Source of the DNA: Anaeramoeba ignava BMAN
Lineage: Eukaryota > Protista > Anaeramoebae
DNA length: 64,000 nucleotides
Assembly: GCA_028826165.1 (NCBI GenBank)
Contig: JAPDFW010000065.1
Location: 186,001 to 250,000, forward strand
Direction of reading: 5' to 3'
The position numbers were made by a program, and so were the translations under genes. The notes under the pieces were generated by a model. That model did no database searches and was not told where the DNA came from. It was given only the letters and a program-made list of their open reading frames with translations. Every line of letters starts with the position of its first letter. The first letter of the stretch is position 1. Shown piece after piece: positions 24,908-35,200 of the stretch.

Positions 24908-27899
24908 TTATCTGAAAAGATCTTCTTCTTCAAGAAGTGCGTTTAATTCGGAAATTTTTTTATCTGGTTTTCGATTTTTTAATTTAACAAAAATCAAAGG
25001 TTTTGATTCAGCTTCAGCAATAGTATTATCATTTTTAGAAAAGTCCAAATGAAGACAAATAATAAATATCAAAGTTGGAATGATATCAAAAATAAGAGAC
25101 CAAATGCAATAAAAAATGGAAAATCTTTGTATTGAAGCTTCAAACCAATTTGCCATTGATTTAATAAAGATATTTAATAGATCAAAAACGGCTCCAATAA
25201 GAAACACACAAAAATCAAGTAAAATGAGTGCCATTAACATATTTATTCGTTTTTTACCGAGGGTTTTATATCCCATGCTTCCTAAACTTTTAATCACTTT
25301 AGGTCCAATAAATGTGAATATTAATAATAGAAAAAAAAGTGATACAAAAAATATCATCATGTGATAATATTCTGGTGGTGTTTTTGGAATAAGAATCACT
25401 GAAAGTATGCATAATAATCCTCCTAATATTGTGAAAGATGTAAAAACGATATCAATTTTTTTTGTTTGAGCGTCTGATTGAATTGCTAATTGAGTAACAG
25501 AAAGAAGGAACCACATTAAGAATAGGAATCTTTTAAAATAAATTTTAAATAAATTATAAATAAATTTTAAATAAATTTTAAATAAATTTTAAATAAATTA
25601 TAAATAAATTTTAAATAAATTATAAATAAATTTTAAATAAATTATAAATAAATTTTATAAATAAATTATAAATAAATTATAAATAAATTATATAAATAAA
25701 TTTTATAAATAAATTATAAATAAATTATAAATAAATTTTATAAATAAATTTTAGTAAATAAATTATAAATAAATTTTATAAATAAATTATAAATAAATTT
25801 TATAAATAAATTTTAAATAAATTTTATAAATAAATTATAAATAAATTTTATAAATAAATTTAATAAAAATTATAAATAAAATTATATAAATAAATTATAT
25901 AAATAAATTATAAATAAATTATAAATAAATTATATAAATAAATTATAAATAAATTATAAATAAATTATAAAATAAATTATAAATAAATTATATAAATAAA
26001 TTTTAAATAAATTTTTATAAATAAATTATAAATAAATTATAAATAAATTATAAATAAATTATAAATAAATTATAAATAAATTATATAAATAAATTATATA
26101 AATAAATTATATAAATAAATTATATAAATAAATTATATAAATAAATTTTATAAATAAATTATAAATAAATTTTAAATAAATTATATAAATAAATTATATA
26201 AATAAATTTTATAAATAAATTTTATAAATAAATTATAAATAAATTTGTAAATAAATTATAAATAAATATTATAAATTATAAATAAATTATAAATAAATTT
26301 TTATAAATTATATAAATAAATTATAAATAAATTATAAATAAATTATAAATAAATTATAAATAAATTTTTATAAATAAATTATATAAATAAATTATAAATA
26401 AATTTTATAAATAAATTATATAAAATAAATTATAAATAAATTTTATAAATAAATTATATAAATAAATTATAAATAAATTTTAAATAAATATTATAAATAA
26501 ATTATAAATAAATTATAAATAAATTATAAATAAATTATAAATAAATTATAAATAAATTATAAATAAATTATAAATAAAATATAAATAAATTTTATAAATA
26601 AATTTAATAAATAAATTATAAATAAATTAATTATAAATAAATTATATAAATAAGTTTCATAAATAAATTATAAATAAATTTCATAAATAAATTATAAATA
26701 AATTTTATAAATAAATATTATAAATAAATTTTAAATAAATTATAAAATAAATTATAAATAAATTATAAATAAATTATAAATAAATTATAAATAAATTAAA
26801 TAAATTATAAATAAATTATAAATAAATTTTAAATAAAATATTATAAATAAATATTATAAATAAATTATAAATAAATTATAAATAAATTATAAATAAATTA
26901 TAAATAAATTAAATAAATTATAAATAAATTATAAATAAATTTTATAAATAAATATTTTAAATAAATTATAAATAAATTATATAAATAAATTATAAATAAA
27001 TTATATAAATAAATTATATAAATAAATTATAAATAAATTATAAATAAATTTTAAATAAATTATAAATAAATTATAAATAAATTATAAATAAATTTCATAA
27101 ATAAATTTCATAAATAAATTTTATAAATAAATTCTAATTTGAATTCACATTAAAAATTGAAGAAAAGCTGGTAAAGAGAAAGCAAAAAAAAATTGTGCTC
27201 GTAAATCATTTATTTGAATTCCTATTAAATTATTTAATCCTCTTTCAAGCATTAACCAAAAAGCAAGAAATAATATTCCTATTCTAAAAACAGCAGCTCT
27301 TTTAACAATTCTAAACCATCTAAATAAAAAATAATTATTTATTAAATTAAATATTAGAAATATAATTAAAATTAGAATTAGAATTAGAATTAAAATTATA
27401 AAAATTAAAGAATTAGAATTTATAATTAATTAGAAATAGAAATAGAATTAAAATTAAAATTAGAATTAGAATTAATTAAAATTAAAATTATATAATTAGA
27501 ATTAGAATTAAAAACAGAATTAGAATTAAGAATTCTAAACCATCTAAATTAAAAATAATTATTTATTAAATTAGAAATAGAATTATAATTAAAATTAAAA
27601 TTAGAATTATAATTAGAATTAGAAATAGAATTAGATTTAAAATTAAAATTAAAATTAGAATTAGAATTAGAATTAGAATTATAATTATAATTAGAATTAA
27701 AATTAAAATTAAAATTAGAATTAGAATTAGAATTAGAATTAGAATTAGAAATGAATTACCGATAATATCTTAAATTTCTAAAAAGTTCAATTAAAGAAAA
27801 AATTGAAACCAAAAAAAAAATAATTGAAATTATATAAAGACTTGCAAAACCAGTTTTTATTGCAGAAAAATCTTTTAATTGATTTGTTTGTTGAGACAT
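24908..27899 (-). CDS. GPR137 / THH1-TOM1-TOM3-like 7TM membrane protein (~310 aa); exons 27899-27760, 27319-27149, 25529-24908
   Basis: Spliced length is 933 nt, in frame (MSQQTNQLKD...). Seven hydrophobic helices, TM3 LPAFLQF and TM7 FDIIP motifs, C-terminal ExxxL[LI] motifs. Confidence 0.65.
25530..27148 (-). repeat. Intron filled with ~11-13-bp minisatellite (plus strand TAAATAAATTA)
   Basis: 1619-nt intron of TAAATAAATTA / TAAATAAATTTTA units between an AAG acceptor and a GTG donor. Confidence 0.85.
27320..27759 (-). repeat. Intron of (TTCTAA)n/(TTTTAA)n hexamers (plus strand TTAGAA/TTAAAA)
   Basis: Plus-strand TTAGAA arrays at 27371-27750 between splice sites. Confidence 0.75.
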
Positions 27900-28033
27900 T
27901 TATAAAAGAAAAAATAAAAAATAAAAGGAAAAAATGAAAAAATTTTTGACTAAAAAAAAAAAACAAAAATTTTAATTGGTTTTTGTTTTTCAAAAATTAA
28001 AATTTGTTTTATTTTATATTAAGTCAATAATTT

Positions 28034-28103
28034 AAATCTAGCCATATTTTTGACACTGAACAAAAATGAATTTATTAATAGAACAGTAACGCGTTATGGC
28101 AAT
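28034..28103 (-). ncRNA. Candidate single-hairpin H/ACA (AGA-box) pseudouridylation guide RNA
   Basis: Minus strand: GCCATA-ACGCGT-TACTG-loop-CAGTG-TCAAAAA-TATGGC-T-AGA-TTT, i.e. lower stem, internal pocket, upper stem, with AGA 14 nt from the pocket top. It is a GC-richer island in intergenic DNA, with TTTCATTT just upstream. Confidence 0.3.
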
Positions 28104-28559
28104 AAAAAAATGAAATTTAATTTTTTATTTTTATTTTTTCATTTTTTATTCATTTTTTATAATAATTAATCATTTTTATTTTTTATCTTGATTAAAAGTA
28201 TTTTAATTAAATTTCTAACAGAAAAAGTTAAATTAAATTTTTATTAAATAATTTTTTCTTGGTTATTTTTATATTTTTTAATTGGAAAAAATTGAAAAAA
28301 GTTTATCAAAAGAAAAAGAAGAAAAAAGCAAAAAAAAAATTTTTCTTTTTTTAATTTTCATTTTTATTCTATTAATATTTCTTTTACTTTTACTTTTACT
28401 TTTACTTTTACTTTTACTTTTTCTTTTTATTTTTCTTTTTGAATTACGTGTAATTAAAATTAAACTCTTTTTTCTTTTTTTGTTTTTAAAGAATTATTTT
28501 TAAAAATTAGTTTTGTATTAATAACCACAAATATATTAATTCAAAATTAATTGATTAAT

Positions 28560-29233
28560 TCAAAATTTAATACATAATTAAAATTAAAATTAAAATTCAT
28601 TTAAAATTCATTTATAAAATTAAAATTAAAATTAAAATTAAAATTAAAATTAAAATCAAAATTAATTAAAATTAAAATTCATTTATAAAATTAAAATTAA
28701 AATTAAAATTCATTTAAAATTTAAAATTAAAATTAAAATTCATTTATAAAATTAAAATTAAAATTAAAATTAAAATTAAAATTCATTTATAAAATTAAAA
28801 TTAAAATTCATTTATAAAATTAAAATTAAAATTCATTTATAAAATTAAAATTCAAATTAAAATTAAAATTAAAATTAAAATTTAAAATCAATTATAAAAT
28901 TAAAATTAAAATTAAAATCAAAATTAAAATTAAAATTAAAATTAAAATTAAAATTAAATTTAAATTTAAAATTAAAATCAAAATTCATTTATAAATTAAA
29001 ATTAAAATTAAAATTCATTTATAAAATTAAAATTAAAATTAAAATTAAAATTAAAATTAAAATTAAAATTAAAATTAAAATTAAAAATTAAAATTAAAAT
29101 TAAAATTAAAATTCATTTATAAAATTAAAATTAAAATTAAAATTAAAATTCATTTAAAATTAAAATTCATTTATAAAATTCATTTATAAATTAAAATTAA
29201 AATTAATATTAAAAATAAAATCAAAATTAATAG
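28560..29233 (+). repeat. (AAAATT)n / AAAATTCATTTAT array, probably a 5'-UTR intron of the SPFH gene
   Basis: Same repeat as coding-region introns; ends in TAG at 29233, two bases before the ATG at 29236. Confidence 0.6.
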
Positions 29234-29235
29234 TA

Positions 29236-32070
29236 ATGGCTTCTGATTTTGCAGTAGCATTTGGAGCGACAATTGGGGGTTTAGTAGGAATTTTTCTAAT
29301 CTGGTTCATAATACAATGTTGTCGAAACTGCATTGTAGTATCACAAAACGAGCGAGTAATAATTGAGAGTTTTGGGAAATACAAAAAAACACTAATGCCA
29401 GGATTGCATGTTCTTATGCCAATACGAGATCGTGCGCGGTACATAGTATGGAGAACAACAGATTCAACTGTGAATAACCTACATCAAGAACGCGTCAATA
29501 TTCATCAAGCTTGGAAAAAAAGAATCGATTTGAGAGAATCTATTTTTAATTTTCCTCTTCAAACTATTATTACTAGAGATAACGTCAAATTGCAAGTTGA
29601 TGCTATGGTTTTATACCAACTTATTGATCCCGTTAGAGTCACTTATGAAGTCGTCGATTTGTCTTATGCTGTTTCTAATTTGGTTCATACTACTTTGAGA
29701 TCTGTTATTGGTGGAATGGTATTTAAAATTAAAATTCATTTAAAATTCATTTATAAAATTAAAATTCATTTATTAAAATTAAAATTAAAATTCATTTATA
29801 AAATTAAAATTAAAATTAAAATTAAAATTAAAATTAAAATTAAAATAAAAATTAAATTAAAAATTAAAATTAAAATTAAAATTAAAATTAAAATTAAAAT
29901 TAAAATTAAAATTAAAATTAAAATTAAAATTAAAATTAAAATTAAAATTAAAATTAAAATTAAAATTAAAATTAAAATTAAAATTAAAATTAAAATTAAA
30001 ATTAAAATTAAAATTAAAATTAAAATTAAAATTAAAATTAAAATTAAAATTAAAATTAAAATTAAAATTTAAAATTATATTTATAAATCAAGGGATTGGA
30101 TGATACACTTGCTTCAAGAGAAGAAATTAATAATTTAATTCAACAAAAAGTCTCACATGTTTGTTTAAATTGGGGACTTCAATTAAATCGAGTAGAAATT
30201 TTAGAAATTATTCCTACAAACACAGTTCAACGTGCAATGGATTCACAAATTTCAGCTGAGAGAGTTAGAAGAGCAACAATTATTACAGCTGATGGTGCTC
30301 GTGAAAGTCAAAAAACAAAAGGTATTCAAATTAAAATTAAAATTAAAATCAAAATTTATAATTAAAATTAATATTAAAATTAATATTAAAATTAAAATTA
30401 AAATTAAAATTAAAATTAAAAATAAAATCAAAATTCATTTATAAAATAAAATTAAAATTAAAATTAAAATTTAAAATTAAAATTAAAATTAAAATTAAAA
30501 TTAATATTTAAAATTAAAATTAAAATTAAAATTAAAATAATTTAGCTGAAGGAGAAACTCAAAAAATGATCGCTTTATCAAAAGGTTATCAACAAGTTAG
30601 AATTCTTCAAGCAAAAGGAGAAGCTGATTCAAAAATTTTAATAGCAGAAGCAGAAGCTCAATCACTAAGAATAATTTCAGAGGCACTTTCAGTAAAAATT
30701 GAAAATTGATTTAAAATTGATTTAAAATTGATTTAAAATTGATTTAAAATTGATATAAAATTGATTTAAAATTGATTTAAAATTGATATAAAATTAATAT
30801 AAATTTGATTTAAAATTGATTTAAATTTGATTTAAAATTGATATAAAATTTGATATAAAATTGATTTAAATTTGATTAAAAATTGATATAAAATTGATAT
30901 AAAATTAATATAAAATTGATTTAAAATTGATATAAATTTGATATAAAATTGATTGAAAATTGATTTAAATTTGATTTAAAATTGATTTAAAATTGATTTA
31001 AAATTGATTTAAAATTGATTTAAAATTGATTTAAAATTGATTTAAAATTGATTTAAAATTGATTTAATATTGATTTAAAATTGATTTAAAATTGATTTAA
31101 ATTTGATTTAAAATTGATTTAAAATTGATTTAAATTTGATTTAAAATTGATTTAAAATTGATTTAAATTTGATTTAAAATTGATTTAAATTTGATTTAAA
31201 ATTGATTTAAATTTGATTTAAATTTGATTTAAAATTGATTTAAATTTGATTTAAAATTGATTTAAAATTGATTTAAATTTGATTTAAAATTGATTTAAAT
31301 TTGATTTAAAATTGATTTAAATTTGATTTAAAATTGATTTAAAATTGATTTAAAATTGATTTAAAATTAATTTAAAATTGATTTAAAATTGATATAAAAT
31401 TAATATAAAATTGATTTAAATTTGATTTAAAATTGATATAAAATTGATTTAAATTTAATATAAAATTGATTTAAATTTGATTTAAAATTGATTTAAAATT
31501 GATTTAAAATTGATTTAAAATTGATTTAAAATTGATATAAAATTGATTTAAATTTGATTTAAAATTAATTTAAAATTGATTTAAAATTGATATAAAATTA
31601 ATATAAAATTGATTTAAAATTGATTTAAAATTGATTTAAAATTGATATAAAATTAATATAAAATTGATATAAAATTAATTTAAAATTGATTTAAAATTAA
31701 TTTAAAATTGATATAAAATTAATTTAAAATTGATATAAAATTAATTTAAATTTGATATAAATTTGATATAAAATTGATTTAAAATTGATATAAAATTGAT
31801 ATAAAATTGATTTAAAATTGATTTAAAATTGATTTAAAATTGATTTAAAATTGATGTAAATTTGATTTAATATTGATTTAAAATTGATTTAAAATTAATA
31901 TAAAATTTATTTAGGATTTTGGTTATGATTCTACTCAATATATGATTGCAATTAAATACATCGAAACTTTAACAAGATTAGCCACATCTTCTTCAAGAAC
32001 TATTTTTTATCTTCCTTTGGATGTTAATTTGGTTGGTGCTTTAAGAGAAATTCTTGATACAAAGAAATAA
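29236..32070 (+). CDS. SPFH/band-7 stomatin-like (QmcA/paraslipin-type) protein; introns 29719-30092, 30322-30545, 30692-31914
   Basis: N-terminal TM, IVVSQNERVIIESFGKY...PGLH...IDLRE...QTIITRDNV...TTLRSVIGGMGLDDTLASREEIN...WGLQLNRVEI...AERVRRA, and C-terminal QYMIAIKYIETL...YLP. Confidence 0.9.
30692..31914 (+). repeat. Intronic 11-bp minisatellite (TTAAAATTGAT)n, ~110 units
   Basis: 1223-nt intron of TTAAAATTGAT with ATAAAATTGAT/TTAAATTTGAT variants. Confidence 0.9.
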
Positions 32071-32296
32071 GTTTGGAAATTTTTTCTTTTCTTTTCTTTT
32101 CTTTTCTTTTCTTTTCTTTTTCTTTTTTTTTCTTTTAAATTCAAAATCGGAAAAAAATTTTTTTTATATTGTTTGCTTTCTTTGAATTTCTCTTCTCAAA
32201 ATTATTATTTTCAATTTCCAAAAATAATCAAAAACAATTAAAAAAAAAATAACAAAAAAACTTTTATTATTTTTAAAAAGAAAAATTATAATAATT

Positions 32297-35200
32297 TTAA
32301 AAACGAAATTGAATAGAATTTTCATTTTCAATCAAAATTGCAATTATTCTAATTTTTTCTAATGTTATTTGAATTTTTGATTTAAATTGAATTCTTTTTA
32401 AAATTTTTTGAGATAATTTTTTAGAATCAAAATCTAAAGCAAAAAAACGAAAATCTTCAACTTTTGAATGATTTTTTTCTGATTGAATATAATAACATTT
32501 ACAAATCCACAAATTCAATTTGGAATCATCTTTTTCTTTTTCAATATAACTTAAGTCCAAAGGTTTTTGGTTTGAAAAAGATAATTCAATTTGATTTTGT
32601 AAGTTTTTTTGTTGTTGATATTGAAAATTTTTGACTTTTTCAAATAAATCAATAAATGGTGGTTTTCTTAATGAATTTTTTGGAAATTTTGAATAAATTA
32701 AATGTATTTTTTTTTGCATCATTTCACAAGTTGATAAACTAAGTTCTTTATGCCAATTTTCAATATCAGTTCGACTTTCCATACTGAATAAAAAAGATCC
32801 TTTTGAACTGATAATTTCAAAACAAAATCGAACTGATGTTCCCATTTTCATTGCGAAAATATTTTGGATAAATAATGTTTGTGTTGGTATTTCTTGTTCT
32901 GCTATAAAGGTTTTATCTTTCTTGATTCGGCAAATTATTAAATAATCCGTGAATAAAAATAGGTATTTTTGAGATGATGATTGAAATATTTTCATTTTGA
33001 GTTGATATGGATCTTCTTTTTGAGATAAAATATTATTTAAAGATGTGATTGCTTGATCTTGTAATTTTTCTTGATTTTCATTTTCATTTATTTTTTCTTG
33101 ATTTTCATTTTCATTTTTAATTTGATTTTCATTTTTAATTTGATTTTCATTTTCAATTTTATTTTCATTTTGATTTTCATTTTGATTTTTATTTTCATTT
33201 TGATTTTCATTTTCATTTTCATTTTTATTTTTAATTTCATTTTGATTTTGATTTTGATTCTTTTCTTTAATTTCATTATTTAATTTCCCTCTTTTAAGAT
33301 TTATTGCAGATTTGGATTTTCTTAAACGATGTTCATTTTGATTTTGATTTTGATTTTGATTTTGATTTTGATTTTTCTTTTTTCTATTTCTTCTTCTTGA
33401 AAATATTGAACTTCTTGATTTTTTTTTAATTGGTTCAATAATTTCCTTATTTTTTATTGAAAATCTAATTGCTTCAGGTGTAAGTGTTCTTTTAAACTTC
33501 AAATTTTTTGAGAGATCATTTGTAATTTCAATTCCAAATTGTTTGGAAGAAATTTTTTGATTTTCATTTTGATTTTGATTTTGATTTTGATTTTGATTTT
33601 GATTTTGATTTTGATTTTGATTTTGATTTTCATTTTCATTTTGATTTTGATTTTGATTTTGATTTTTAATTTCATTTTTTTGATTTTCATTTTTAATTTC
33701 ATTTTGATTTTGATTTTGATTTTGATTTCTAATTTCATTTTCATTTTGATTTTCATTTTTAATTTCATTTTTTAATTTGGGTTTTGGAATTTCCTTTAAT
33801 CTTGTTAATTTCGAATTTTGATTCACTTCAGGCTCAGTTAAATCAATATTCCTTTTAGTATTAGGAATAAAAACAGAACGTGATGGTGGAATAATACTTC
33901 TAGGTTTAATTTCCTTCTCAGTTTCTCTTCTAACTTTTGGACTCAATTTAGAAATCAAATTCAATTTATTCTTTTTTTCTTCTTGTTGAAAAGCAAATAA
34001 ATGACTATAAACATATAATTTTCCTTCCAATTTATATTTTCTTGAGGGATTTGACTCCAAAGTTAGTTGAATTCCTTTGAGTCTTTTTTGAATATCCTCA
34101 AATTTAATCTGTTCTTCTTGCTGTCTTTTTGATTCATTAACTTCTTCTGCAATTTTTTTAAATTTTTGGAAGGCTAAAGAAACCTTTTCATAATCGGGAT
34201 GCTCTTTAGGTGTTCTTTTAACAACTTCTTCTAATAATAAAGGATACTGAGTTATTCTTTGAACTGGTTTGATTAAAATTGAATGGAGATCCAATCGATG
34301 AAATTTTGGATCATCTTCAATTTTCTTTACAATCGTTGCAAATGAATTATTTTTCATGCATTTTGTGATTGCCTTTCTTGAAATATTGAAGTTGTTGTTG
34401 TATTGAATGTAAATTTTTAAATTTGAAACAAATCCAAGCAAAACTTCTCCAATTCCTGATTCGGAATTCCAATTTTTTCTCATATGCTCCAAATTGAAAA
34501 GTATTTTCATATTCAAATTGCGGATTTCGTTGATATTTGAAAAAATCATCTCAATCTCTTCTTTTTTGAGTATCATGTTTTTTTTAAGTGGCGAGATGAC
34601 ATATTCCACAAGCATATTCAGGTCATTCACATAATTTTCTTCCGTTTCAGTAATTTCTAAAATGGAAGAAGCTCTTTTAAATTCCTCATTGAGCAAATTG
34701 AAGCAATCCAAAAAATTATTATTTTTAGCCATCATATGCGGACGCTTTGTTTCATCTGGGTAGTTGATTAAATCCGCGCCTGTTTTCAACAGAATTTTGC
34801 AAATCTCAACATTTCCAGAAAGTGCTGCTGCTTGAATCGCAGTGTTTCCTGAGCTGTCAATGATATTTATATTTGGCTTTGGATTGTGTTCAAGAATAAA
34901 CTTTGCCAAATCAACATTTCCTTTCAAAATGGCATTATTCAAAGGGGTATTTCCTTGAGAATCCTTGAAATCAATAGGAAATCCCAAATTGAGAGATTGT
35001 TGGAACAACTCTTGATTTCCTTCAATAATTGATTTGGTTAACGGACAAAACGCATCGTGTTTCACTAGCAATTCTGCAATTTCAAAGTGCTTTTTCTCAA
35101 TTGCAATAATTAAAGGCGTTTTTCCGTTTATATCTTTTGGATCAACTTCTGCTTTGTAATTGATTAATATTTCGGCAGATTCATAAGATCCTTTTTCACA

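Noticed and set aside
27371-27750. (TTAGAA)n as interstitial telomeric repeat
   Set aside because: Mixed with TTAAAA, confined to an intron, and best explained as a variant of the AAAATT family.
28282-28503. 73-aa hydrophobic ORF with poly-Leu
   Set aside because: Non-ATG start and derived from a (TTTTAC)n/T-rich tract, more likely promoter or 5'-UTR sequence.
29719-30072. Poly-(KI) C-terminus of the SPFH ORF
   Set aside because: Read-through into intron 29719-30092; splicing restores the conserved GGMGLDDTL band-7 motif.
32140-32156. Recurrent AATCGGA / AATCCAC words in non-coding DNA (e.g. ~9604, ~16454, ~17034, ~32145, ~36270)
   Set aside because: Too few occurrences and inconsistent position or strand to support a regulatory motif without genome-wide statistics.
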